From: Ilumatobacteraceae bacterium
GTDB lineage: Bacteria > Actinomycetota > Acidimicrobiia > Acidimicrobiales > Ilumatobacteraceae
Reading direction: 5' to 3'
Assembly (NCBI GenBank): GCA_044342185.1
Contig: JBIIQG010000001.1
Location: 70,020-134,019, forward strand
Length of the DNA: 64,000 bases
Part shown: positions 9,656-18,696 of the stretch, piece by piece
How positions within the stretch are numbered: position 1 is the stretch's first letter
How the letters are laid out: each line of letters begins with the position of its first letter
Made by a program: the position numbers and the translations under genes
The notes under the pieces: generated by a model
What the model was told of the DNA's origin: nothing
The model's database searches: none
The model's input: the letters and a program-made list of their open reading frames with translations, nothing else

Positions 9656-11062
9656 TCAGAGCAACGAGGCCAAGAGAAGTTCAGACACTCTGCTTAACTC
9701 GTTGACGTCATTGGCTACGGCCGCAACATAACGGTCCGGACGCACGATTACTGCATATGCGCCTTGAACCGATTCCGGGGCAATCACGAACTGCGCTCCA
9801 ATACGTTGCAACGTGTCGGGCAACTCAATGGGTGCTTGTGTGACCACTGCAAACGACGCGCCATTCATGCGGACCGCAGTCGATACTTGCGGGTGATACC
9901 AGAACTGGTGTCCTACTCGGGGATCATCACCAAACACAATCCCTTGTTCAATGTGTGGGCTTGGACGCGTACCGCCATAGCCACTCTCAATGTCAACTCC
10001 GTGACTCACCCGACCACCAAGTTGATCGATGAGGCGACCCATATCAACAGCGTGTGCAATGGTGCTGCGAACATGCGGGGCGCGTTCAGTGGAGTACGTA
10101 TCGAGAATGTTGTTGGTGGCGATGCCCCGCTTAATGAAAGACAACTTCCACGCCAAGTTCAATGCATCACGCATTCCCGAATTCAACCCTTGCCCTGCAA
10201 ACGGCGGAGTTTGATGCGCAGAATCCCCAGCAAGGAAGACATTTCCTTCTTGCATGTTCGGCGCAACAACAGCATGAAAGCGATACACCGCGCTACGCAC
10301 TAATCGCGCCGTGTCGGGCGAAATCATTCCCTGCAACAGACTCCACAAGCCTTCTTCTGTGTTCAGTTGGCGAGCGTCTTCGTTTTCTTGAACTTGAAAT
10401 TCCCAACGGCGATAACGACGAACTCCTTGAACAAAAGTGAAAGGTCGGTCTTTGTGGCAGTACTGGCGAACTCCACGGGGAAGATCTACAACCGCACCTT
10501 CGTGTAGTTCGGCATCAACCACTAACCATTCTTGATCAAAGCGCAAGTCTTCAAGAGCGAGACCAATGTGTTTACGTGTCCAACTACTGGCGCCATCACA
10601 CGCCACATACCAACGCGATTCAACAGTCTCTCCATTGTCTAAAGTGGTGATTACCGAAGAACCAGCGTCCACCATGTTGACTGCTGTGCGACCCCACAGT
10701 ACCTGTGAACCGCGACGTTCTGCTTCTGCGCGCAACATGGTGTCTAAGTCGGGCTGATAATGAGTGACTACTGGTGGAACTCCTTGAAGGCCCAACGGCG
10801 GAATGTCTGCACCAATCACAACTTCATTTGTTGGTCCAACAAAATCTCCACGTTGTAGTGGTTCAGTGTTCTGTTGCAACCACTCGCCCATTCCATGGTC
10901 ATGAAAAGCACGCTGAATTTCATCGTCCATCACAATCGCTCGAGGAAGTTGATATGGCGCAACATCACGGTCAATCACAACATTCGAAACGCCCATGTCC
11001 GACAAAATGACAGAGAGAAAGCAACCCACTGGTCCACCACCAAGAATGGTGACATCAAGCAT
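9656..11062 (-). CDS. FAD-dependent aromatic-ring monooxygenase (MhpA/PheA-like)
   Basis: GGGPVGC dinucleotide fold at the N-terminus and GDSAHQTPPFAGQGLNSGMRDA FAD motif. Confidence 0.85.
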   Translation of the reverse strand: MLDVTILGGGPVGCFLSVILSDMGVSNVVIDRDVAPYQLPRAIVMDDEIQRAFHDHGMGEWLQQNTEPLQRGDFVGPTNEVVIGADIPPLGLQGVPPVVTHYQPDLDTMLRAEAERRGSQVLWGRTAVNMVDAGSSVITTLDNGETVESRWYVACDGASSWTRKHIGLALEDLRFDQEWLVVDAELHEGAVVDLPRGVRQYCHKDRPFTFVQGVRRYRRWEFQVQENEDARQLNTEEGLWSLLQGMISPDTARLVRSAVYRFHAVVAPNMQEGNVFLAGDSAHQTPPFAGQGLNSGMRDALNLAWKLSFIKRGIATNNILDTYSTERAPHVRSTIAHAVDMGRLIDQLGGRVSHGVDIESGYGGTRPSPHIEQGIVFGDDPRVGHQFWYHPQVSTAVRMNGASFAVVTQAPIELPDTLQRIGAQFVIAPESVQGAYAVIVRPDRYVAAVANDVNELSRVSELLLASLL

Positions 11063-11660
11063 TCCTCATCACCATCTCGTTGATGATCTGTGACTGAAAC
11101 CGTCTAGCCATAGCACGGATCTGTTCTTGTTCTTCTTGTGACTCTGCGTCAACCACCGAGAAGATGAAAGGTTCTAAAGCAGCCCATCCCATCTCCATGG
11201 CCATACCCAAACCCATCATCGCCTTTAGTTCAACGGTCGGTTCGTCCATGCCCTGCTGAGTTGCAACGTGCATCATCGCATTTCGCGGCACCGATACGTC
11301 TTCTGAAAGTTCGGTTCTGGCAAGAGACATCTCGTTGTCGAGAACCGCACGCACAACTGCACGAAGATACATAGGGTCGCCAATCAGCGTTAACGGTGCG
11401 GGAATGGGTTGCTGACGCGATTGTTCCATGGCGTAGTCATGATGCGCATGCACCAAGCGCTCCATAGCTGCGTGCAGCAGTGCATCTTTCCCACCGAAAT
11501 AGTGATGCACTAATCCATGGTTTACTCCGGCGCGTTCTGCAATGGCGCGAACGCTGAGAGAACGCGGACCCACTTCACCCAGTAGTTCTGCGGTTGCAGC
11601 TATCAACTTGTCTTCGGTGTCGACTCGCGTGCGACTCGACTTCTCTTCAACGGTAATCAC
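11055..11660 (-). CDS. TetR family transcriptional regulator
   Basis: N-terminal HTH SVRAIAERAGVNHGLVHHYFGGKDAL. Overlaps both neighbours by 8 and 4 nt. Confidence 0.85.
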   Translation of the reverse strand: MITVEEKSSRTRVDTEDKLIAATAELLGEVGPRSLSVRAIAERAGVNHGLVHHYFGGKDALLHAAMERLVHAHHDYAMEQSRQQPIPAPLTLIGDPMYLRAVVRAVLDNEMSLARTELSEDVSVPRNAMMHVATQQGMDEPTVELKAMMGLGMAMEMGWAALEPFIFSVVDAESQEEQEQIRAMARRFQSQIINEMVMRNA

Positions 11661-12181
11661 TTGCCAGCGGTTGCGTAATCGGTGACTGCAGCTACACCTT
11701 CGCCGGCGCGATAGCGCGCAATAAGAGTTTCGAAATCAACGTCGATTCCGATGGGGTTTGCTGCAAACAATGGCCCGGCCATAAATGCATCAGCTTCATC
11801 CATCGTCATGGAATCGAACTGTGTCTCCACTTGGTTGCCATCTGGATCGCGGTAGTACGCAGACAACGTCATGCCGTGGTTGATGGTCCAATACGGCGAC
11901 ACCCCGCATGCCTTCATGCGCTCGTACTGGCCGAACAGGTCGTCCAAACTTGCGTACGTGAAGGCGAAGTGCTCGGTTCCACATGCCGTGACGGAACGGT
12001 CTTCCAAATTCGGCAGGTTCACAATGGCAATGCGGTGATGCTCGTCGTCGTACGAGATGAACGAAATGAACCTGTTCTCGTGGCGAGCTTCTCCTTCAAG
12101 GAAGTTCTTCCACCAGTCGAGCATTTCTGGATAACGCGAAGTCTTCAAAACGACGTGGGCAAATTTGATGGGTGATGCCAT
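11657..12181 (-). CDS. VOC family protein (glyoxalase/extradiol dioxygenase-like)
   Basis: 174 aa. FAHVVLKT...EHHRIAI...HFAF...YYRDPDGN pattern of paired beta-alpha-beta-beta-beta modules. Confidence 0.75.
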   Translation of the reverse strand: MASPIKFAHVVLKTSRYPEMLDWWKNFLEGEARHENRFISFISYDDEHHRIAIVNLPNLEDRSVTACGTEHFAFTYASLDDLFGQYERMKACGVSPYWTINHGMTLSAYYRDPDGNQVETQFDSMTMDEADAFMAGPLFAANPIGIDVDFETLIARYRAGEGVAAVTDYATAGK

Positions 12182-12203
12182 TGCAGTTCCTTATCTGGGA
12201 TTA

Positions 12204-12219
12204 TTAGTCAACTGACTAA
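12204..12219. promoter_or_regulatory. perfect inverted repeat TTAGTCA-AC-TGACTAA, candidate TetR operator
   Basis: Read directly in the 49-bp divergent intergenic region between the VOC-TetR-monooxygenase operon and the FAH gene. Confidence 0.4.
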
Positions 12220-12230
12220 AACAGACTATA

Positions 12231-13088
12231 GTGCAGACTATGACACTGAAATTCGCCTCCAAGAACGGCCGTTCCCACATCGTTGTCGGCCCAGACAACG
12301 GCCTCGTCGACCTGGCCGAAGCGAGTGGAGGGAAGTTTTCCTCCGAGCCCATCGAGGCGTTCCGTCGCTGGGCCGAAGTGCGTGATTTCGCCGCCACCTA
12401 CACAGGTACAGGAACTCCGTGTGAGGTCAATGAATTAGATGCTCCATCACCATGGCCAACTCAAGTGTTTGGTATCGGCTTGAACTACCGCTCACACGCT
12501 GAAGAAAGTGGAATGGACATTCCAAAGTCTCCTCTTACATTCACAAAGTTCACCTCGTCCGTGGCACACGGAAATGCCGATATTCCAATCGACGGTGTCA
12601 TGGTTGACTGGGAAGTGGAACTAGTTGTTGTCATCTCATTTGGTGGTCGCAACATCGCCCATGCAGATGCATGGAATCACGTTGCGGGCATTGCCGTTGG
12701 TCAAGACATCTCTGATCGTCAACTTCAGTTTGCGAGCCAACCGCCGCAGTTCAACTTGGGAAAGAGCAAAAAGAACTACTCTCCCTTTGGACCATGGCTT
12801 GTTGATGCCCAAGACGTTGCACAACGCGACGCCCTTCATATGACGTGCACACTGAACGGTGAAGCGGTACAGGACACGATGACCGACGATCTCATCTTTA
12901 ATGTTTCCGACATCATCTCGTACTTATCGGGAATTGTTCAGTTGCTGCCCGGTGATGTCATCTTTACGGGAACACCTGGCGGCGTAGGTGTATCACGTAA
13001 GCCACCAGTATTTTTGAAGCCTGGTGACGTACTTGTGTCAACAATCGATGGTGTTGGCACAACCACCAATGTGTGCGTGCAGGGCTAA
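12231..13088 (+). CDS. fumarylacetoacetate hydrolase (FAH) family protein
   Basis: 285 aa. GIGLNYRSHAEE..., EVELVVVI and GDVIFTGTPGGVG motifs. Confidence 0.85.
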   Translation: MQTMTLKFASKNGRSHIVVGPDNGLVDLAEASGGKFSSEPIEAFRRWAEVRDFAATYTGTGTPCEVNELDAPSPWPTQVFGIGLNYRSHAEESGMDIPKSPLTFTKFTSSVAHGNADIPIDGVMVDWEVELVVVISFGGRNIAHADAWNHVAGIAVGQDISDRQLQFASQPPQFNLGKSKKNYSPFGPWLVDAQDVAQRDALHMTCTLNGEAVQDTMTDDLIFNVSDIISYLSGIVQLLPGDVIFTGTPGGVGVSRKPPVFLKPGDVLVSTIDGVGTTTNVCVQG

Positions 13089-13092
13089 ATAC

Positions 13093-14061
13093 CTAACTAA
13101 CAAACTGCCGAACTGAATCGACGCACCACGTCCACAGTGCATTGCGTGTTTGTGGTGTGTCGCTCTTTTTCGATGCAGAGGTCTTGTGCACTGCACGAAC
13201 TTCGCGGTCGCACCAGAATGTGCCGCTTTCGGCAGGTAAGGGACACACGGCCGCTAACCATGCAATGGTGTCGGCACCCTGGTCGGCGGTTCGCAAGATT
13301 GGTTTTGTCAGCAAGCGGAACAACGGAATGGAATCTTGTACTCCGGGAGTATCGGCCCAGCCTGGGTGCATAGCCACAAACTCAATATTTGGCTCTTCTT
13401 GTGCCCACATCTCATTCAGTGTGACCTGGGCGCGTTTCGCAATGGCATATTGACGTGAACCGTTGTACGACGACATCTCCATTGTGTCGCCTGCCTGCAG
13501 TTGTGGAAGTGGTGCCGCATACATGCCACCCGATGACACAGTGACAACCCGTCCGTTTGCGGCGCGTAGTGAATCTCTCAACATGGTGGTCATAAGAAAT
13601 GGTCCCAGCACATGAGATGCAAGGGTTTGTTCAATACCCTGCGCCGATTCAGTTCGCTCGTTCAGTAACGCACCAGCATTGTGAATGAGCACATCTATAC
13701 GGGGAAACTGTGAACGAAGAACGCGCGACGCTTCCGCCACAGATTGAAGATTTCCCATCTCTGCCACAACAACTACGGGGGGAACGTGTGGGAAATGTTC
13801 ACGAAGGTCGGTCGCTACCGCATCGCACTTGTCTTTGTTGCGACCCACCAACACCAGTTGTGCGCCAGTGGAAGCGAGCGTGCGTGCAGCTGATGCACCT
13901 AATCCAGATGTAGGCCCAGTTATCACAATGACTCGCCCACTCAGATTGGATTCGGACACTTTGTCCCACGCATTCATACGTGATCGGACAGCAAATCCAA
14001 GACGCGAAAACCCTGGGACTACCGCAGCATCGAGCGCAGAGCTGACAAAGTGCTTATTCAT
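13093..14061 (-). CDS. SDR family oxidoreductase
   Basis: ITGPTSGLGAS (TGxxxGxG) and YAIAK (YxxxK). Start taken at ATG 14061, which forms an ATGA overlap with the upstream stop. Confidence 0.8.
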   Translation of the reverse strand: MNKHFVSSALDAAVVPGFSRLGFAVRSRMNAWDKVSESNLSGRVIVITGPTSGLGASAARTLASTGAQLVLVGRNKDKCDAVATDLREHFPHVPPVVVVAEMGNLQSVAEASRVLRSQFPRIDVLIHNAGALLNERTESAQGIEQTLASHVLGPFLMTTMLRDSLRAANGRVVTVSSGGMYAAPLPQLQAGDTMEMSSYNGSRQYAIAKRAQVTLNEMWAQEEPNIEFVAMHPGWADTPGVQDSIPLFRLLTKPILRTADQGADTIAWLAAVCPLPAESGTFWCDREVRAVHKTSASKKSDTPQTRNALWTWCVDSVRQFVS

Positions 14062-14504
14062 GAGCGCTCTGCCAATGTGGCAAGCAGCATTCCTGCTGCA
14101 ACGAGACCACGCAGTGACCACGCAATTGTTCGCACCCAGTTGGTGGTGACGAGCTCACGGCCAACAGTGGGGTCTGGATTGCTGGCCATTCGAGCGTGTC
14201 GCGGAACTGACAACAACACCGTGGCTCCTAATGCCACAGCAATTGGAATTCCGGCAAGCCACGGCACAAACCATGCAACCCCTGCAGGCACCATTGCCAA
14301 CAGCAATAAGGTGGTGACGCCTTCGATGGTCATGGGCAGCATCACGACCCATCCAGTTCGGCGTTGGTGTTCTACAGCAACTGCAGATGCACTCTCGACT
14401 GGAACTAGGGAGAGCAATGGATAGTGCACGACTTGTACAAACCAAATAACGCCCACCATTGTCCATGACGCCAACACGTTGAGCACAAGGACAGCATCTT
14501 CCAT
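14058..14504 (-). CDS. small integral membrane protein (4 TM, DUF1772-like?)
   Basis: 148 aa, four hydrophobic helices, translationally coupled to the SDR gene. The family assignment is tentative. Confidence 0.5.
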   Translation of the reverse strand: MEDAVLVLNVLASWTMVGVIWFVQVVHYPLLSLVPVESASAVAVEHQRRTGWVVMLPMTIEGVTTLLLLAMVPAGVAWFVPWLAGIPIAVALGATVLLSVPRHARMASNPDPTVGRELVTTNWVRTIAWSLRGLVAAGMLLATLAERS

Positions 14505-14551
14505 GCCGTCACCGTACCTGTGCTGGTCACGAACTCCCTACGCTAAGGGTC

Positions 14552-14704
14552 GTGACGCGTGTCCCGAAGAAGAAGAATGGTTTTGAACCACGTGTCTGCC
14601 AGTCATGTGGGAGACCTTTTGAGTGGCGGCGCAAGTGGGCCCGCGATTGGCACAACGTTTTGTATTGCTCGGATAAATGCCGTGCGTCGGGGACAAAGTC
14701 CTAA
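14552..14704 (+). CDS. DUF2256 zinc-ribbon protein (50 aa, not in ORF track)
   Basis: Hand translation from GTG 14552 gives VTRVPKKKNGFEPRVCQSCGRPFEWRRKWARDWHNVLYCSDKCRASGTKS. This matches the DUF2256 pattern C-x2-C...RKKWA..W..V.YCS..C. AAGGG lies 6 nt upstream. Confidence 0.7.
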   Translation: MTRVPKKKNGFEPRVCQSCGRPFEWRRKWARDWHNVLYCSDKCRASGTKS

Positions 14705-15801
14705 GACAATCCGTATTCTGAAATGTCGACACTCCGTCGTTCGTCGATGGAACGGTGAGCCGCAGCACCAATGACAACACTCCACAAACCGTCTTCCACC
14801 GTGACTTCCGGAGATGTGCCTGCCACTACCGCATCAATGAATCGCTTGCACTCGAGAAAACTTGCTCCAAAATGAAAACCGACATGAGCAACGTCGGGGT
14901 CAATCGCTACATCCACTGAACGCATGCTGCGCGTTGCTCTGTCACCCACGAAAACCTGGCCATCACCAGGAACAAACGCTTCCACCTTGCCGGTGGAACC
15001 CACGGCCGTTATCTCTTGTTCGTGACGGGATCCCTCAGCGAACATACTGAGGTCCAACATGGTGCGAACACCGTTTGCATATTCAACAACGACATAGGCG
15101 TTATCCAGAATGTCGCTACGTTCATCGTTGTAGTACTCGTCGAGATGGTTCACATCTTGACCACCACTTGCCATCACTCGTACTGGTCGTGAGTCAACAA
15201 CCAAATTCATGAGGTCAAAGAAGTGACAACACTTCTCAACAAGCGTTCCGCCCGTGTTTTTGCTGAAGCGATTCCAGTTATCTACTTTCACGAGAAAGGG
15301 AAACCGATGTTCACGAATGGCGAGCATCTTCAGATCCCCCACGGCGCCAGCGCGTACTTGACGAACAAGTTCAGCAATAGGAGCCATGTAGCGGTATTCC
15401 AAACCCACCCACGTCAGAGCGGAACGAGAACGTTGTGCTTCCACCACAGAGACACAATCTTCAACAGTTGTGCACATGGGCTTTTCCACCAACACGGGAA
15501 TGTCAGTCGCCAGAATGTCATCAAGGATTGCCTTGTGAGTGAAGTTGGGTGACGCAACAAGTACTGCGTCCACCGTTCCGGATTCCAACAAATCCCGGTG
15601 GTCTGTAAATTCACTCACTCCACGAAACGCATCCCCCATGGTCAGACGCGCCCAGTGACGTGGCTCGTCATTGGGGTCACTGATAGCCGTCACGGAAACA
15701 TTGGGGAGGCCCATCAAGTTCTTCAGGTGCTCACACCCCATCATCCCTGTGCCAATGACTCCAACGCGCACTTCATTCATCCCCCTCACACTATGTGCCA
15801 C
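14701..15801 (-). CDS. Gfo/Idh/MocA family oxidoreductase
   Basis: N-terminal VGVIGTGMMG Rossmann motif and EKPM motif. Confidence 0.85.
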   Translation of the reverse strand: MAHSVRGMNEVRVGVIGTGMMGCEHLKNLMGLPNVSVTAISDPNDEPRHWARLTMGDAFRGVSEFTDHRDLLESGTVDAVLVASPNFTHKAILDDILATDIPVLVEKPMCTTVEDCVSVVEAQRSRSALTWVGLEYRYMAPIAELVRQVRAGAVGDLKMLAIREHRFPFLVKVDNWNRFSKNTGGTLVEKCCHFFDLMNLVVDSRPVRVMASGGQDVNHLDEYYNDERSDILDNAYVVVEYANGVRTMLDLSMFAEGSRHEQEITAVGSTGKVEAFVPGDGQVFVGDRATRSMRSVDVAIDPDVAHVGFHFGASFLECKRFIDAVVAGTSPEVTVEDGLWSVVIGAAAHRSIDERRSVDISEYGLS

Positions 15802-15880
15802 TATTTGCGTTTACCGTCCCGACAACTAATGTTCAGACAGAGCGCATCGGGGGATGCACTTCACACAAGGGGGAAATCTC

Positions 15881-16990
15881 ATGGCAATCGTTGATCTCAT
15901 CGAGTCTGGTTTGGGTCTTTTGAAGTCCGAAGCCGACATCACGCCGCAATGGGTGGAAGGTGTTCTTCGCGGAAGCGGACACTTGGAAGATGGTGTGTCG
16001 GTTACTGGCGTATCCACAGAACGAATCGGCGAGGGCGTAGGCATTCTCAGCATCTTGCAACGCATCACCCCTTCGTATTCCGGCACAACACAAAAAGGCC
16101 CGAAGTCTGTCGTGGTGAAGTACCCCACCGATGACCCAACACAACGCTTTACCGCAGATGCACTAGTTCTCTACATTCGCGAATTGGTGTTCTATAAAGA
16201 CTGCGCACCAGACGCCCCGTTCAAAACAGCGAAGTGCTACGGACAGGCCATCGCTAGCGACAACACCGACTTCACCATCGTGATGGAAGACATTGGCCAC
16301 ATGCGTCCACTGAACCAGTTAGACGGCATCAGCCTCGATGAATCGAAAGTTCTTCTCGAAAAACTCGCCGACTTCCACGCCATGTGGTGGGGCAGCCCAA
16401 AGCTGGAGAACTTCGCCACAACATTCCAACCCCTCGACAACCCCACCTACAACGCTGTTCTTCCCATGTTGTGGACCGGTGGTTGGCCAAATGTTGAGCA
16501 GTACGCCGGTCATCTTCTTCCCGAAAGCGTTCGTGAAATTGGTGGCATCTGGGCCGAGAAAGTGCCCTGGATGCTCGGCAACCTCATGGCACCTACCACC
16601 ATGTGCCACGGTGACTACCGCGCCGACAACATCATGTTCGATGGAAAAGATCCTGTGGTCATCGACTTCCAGCTCATTGGCACTGGTTCAGGTATGTACG
16701 ACGTTGGTTATTACATCAGCCAATCAATCGCCACCGATGTCCGCCGTGGTCACGACCGCGAATTAGTAGACGTGTACCTCAATCGTTTGGAAAGCCACGG
16801 AATTGAGATCGACCGCGAAGAAGCTTGGCGTCAATACCTTGTCTGCATCTGCTTCTGCGTCACTTACGGAGTCACCACCTTTGGTGGATTTGCTGAACAG
16901 AACGAACGCGGTCAGCAACTTCTTCAAGACATGTTGCTGCGCGCATTGCATTGCGTGGCCGACAACAACGCTCTTGAAGTGTTGAAGTAA
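15881..16990 (+). CDS. phosphotransferase (APH / ecdysteroid-kinase-like) family protein
   Basis: CHGDYRADNIMF (HxDxxxxN) catalytic loop followed by VIDFQ. ATG 15881 preceded by AAGGGGGA. Confidence 0.75.
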   Translation: MAIVDLIESGLGLLKSEADITPQWVEGVLRGSGHLEDGVSVTGVSTERIGEGVGILSILQRITPSYSGTTQKGPKSVVVKYPTDDPTQRFTADALVLYIRELVFYKDCAPDAPFKTAKCYGQAIASDNTDFTIVMEDIGHMRPLNQLDGISLDESKVLLEKLADFHAMWWGSPKLENFATTFQPLDNPTYNAVLPMLWTGGWPNVEQYAGHLLPESVREIGGIWAEKVPWMLGNLMAPTTMCHGDYRADNIMFDGKDPVVIDFQLIGTGSGMYDVGYYISQSIATDVRRGHDRELVDVYLNRLESHGIEIDREEAWRQYLVCICFCVTYGVTTFGGFAEQNERGQQLLQDMLLRALHCVADNNALEVLK

Positions 16991-17019
16991 ACCTCTACCC
17001 CATCGGGCAGACTACGTAC

Positions 17020-17388
17020 ATGACAGATCACTCGCATGACCACGGTCGTGGATTGCTACAACAACTTGGTGCAGAGGGCCGTGAATTGCGTGCGCTCATT
17101 CCCGATGTGTACAGCGGTTTCAGCGAACTTCACAAAGCTGCATTTGCCGAAGGTGCGGTCGACAAGAAAACAAAAGAACTCATTGCTCTTGCCATCGCAA
17201 TTTCAGTGAAGTGCGATGGGTGTATTGCCAGTCATGCTCGTGGAGCCGCATTGGCTAAGGCAACAGAACAAGAAGTTGCAGAAACCATTGGCGTGGCCAT
17301 CAGTATGAACGGCGGCCCAGGAACTGTGTATGGCCCCCGAGCACTTGCTGCGTTTAGGGAATTTGCTCGTCCTGAAGAAAAGTCTTAG
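17020..17388 (+). CDS. carboxymuconolactone decarboxylase (AhpD-like) family protein
   Basis: 122 aa with KTKELIALAIAISVKCDGCIASH (CxxC) motif. Confidence 0.8.
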   Translation: MTDHSHDHGRGLLQQLGAEGRELRALIPDVYSGFSELHKAAFAEGAVDKKTKELIALAIAISVKCDGCIASHARGAALAKATEQEVAETIGVAISMNGGPGTVYGPRALAAFREFARPEEKS

Positions 17389-18599
17389 TGACCAATTGAC
17401 TTGTTGATGCGCACAGGAATTGTGCGTGGTCCGCGAACTTGTCCGCCAGCCCAGGTGACTTCAGCATCTTCGATCAATTCAAAGTCGGGAACGCGTGCAA
17501 GGAATTCTTCAATAGCAACGCGCATTTCCATACGAGCAAGGTTTGAACCCACGCAGCGGTGAATTCCCGCACCGAATGCAACGTGGCGGTTGTGCTCGCG
17601 GTCGATGATGACCTGATCTGGATTTTCGAAATGGTCTGGGTCGCGGTTAGCAGCGGGGAATGCCATAAGAACACGGTCACCGGCGTGCATTGGGCAACCT
17701 TCGTACTCCATGTCTTCATTCACAAGACGTGCCATGGTGACTGGTGAGTAGGCGCGCAAGAACTCTTCGACTGCTGACGGAATGAGTTCTGGTTCTTGCA
17801 CTAAGCGTTCGCGGTCTTCTTTATGTGTTGCAAGGTGCCACAACGAAGAACCAATGCCGCTCCATGTTGTATCTACTCCAGCAATCAACAACAGGCCACA
17901 CATTCCCAAAATAAGACCGTCGGGGAATGGCTCTCCGTCGTGCTGTGCGTGAACAAGTTCGCCAATAAGGTCGGTTGTTGTGCCGGCTTCACGGCGCTTG
18001 ATGATTTCTCCCATGAAGAAATCTTGAAGTTCAGCACGTGCTTTGATTCGAAGTTCTGGATTTGTCAGACCAGCTTCAAGGCTCCAACGCACCCAGTTAG
18101 TGAAAGTGTCTTTCATGGTGGTGGGAACGCCCAACATTGTGGCAATCACCTGTGCAGGAATTTGCTGCGCGTAGTCAACTGCAGCATCGGCAGTTGGTTG
18201 TGCAGCAATTCCATCCATTAGCTCGCGACACCATGCACGAGTGAACACTTCAAGTTCATCAACTGCGCGTGGTGAGAATGCAGGGAGAAGTTGGCGGCGT
18301 GTCCATGTATGCATTGGCGCATCAACTGCAATGGGAGCACCCTTTGTCTCGCCATAGGCACCAGACCCTGGGGCTTCTGCTGGTGGAACAACCAAAATCT
18401 CGCGGGACGAAAACAGTTCTGGTTCGCGCGCCATCTTTGTAACGGTGTCGTACTTGGTGGGTAACCACGAACCGCCCCATTTGTCGGTGTGAGCGATGGG
18501 GCATTCATTACGCAGGTTGTCCCAAATCTCGAACGGACTCTCGATGTAGTCCTTGTCGAAAATGTCGAATGCAGTTGTCCAGTCGATTAACTCGCCCAC
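17385..18599 (-). CDS. cytochrome P450
   Basis: FGAGIHRCVGSNLA heme-thiolate motif, EEFLR (ExxR), AGVDTT I-helix. Confidence 0.9.
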   Translation of the reverse strand: MGELIDWTTAFDIFDKDYIESPFEIWDNLRNECPIAHTDKWGGSWLPTKYDTVTKMAREPELFSSREILVVPPAEAPGSGAYGETKGAPIAVDAPMHTWTRRQLLPAFSPRAVDELEVFTRAWCRELMDGIAAQPTADAAVDYAQQIPAQVIATMLGVPTTMKDTFTNWVRWSLEAGLTNPELRIKARAELQDFFMGEIIKRREAGTTTDLIGELVHAQHDGEPFPDGLILGMCGLLLIAGVDTTWSGIGSSLWHLATHKEDRERLVQEPELIPSAVEEFLRAYSPVTMARLVNEDMEYEGCPMHAGDRVLMAFPAANRDPDHFENPDQVIIDREHNRHVAFGAGIHRCVGSNLARMEMRVAIEEFLARVPDFELIEDAEVTWAGGQVRGPRTIPVRINKSIGH

Positions 18600-18696
18600 G
18601 GTGCCCCCTTGGTGTGACCGCTACGTCTGCGGTTCCTAAAGTGACAATAACTCCCCAATACGGCCGTGACCATAGTCATAGGCATACGATTCGGCC

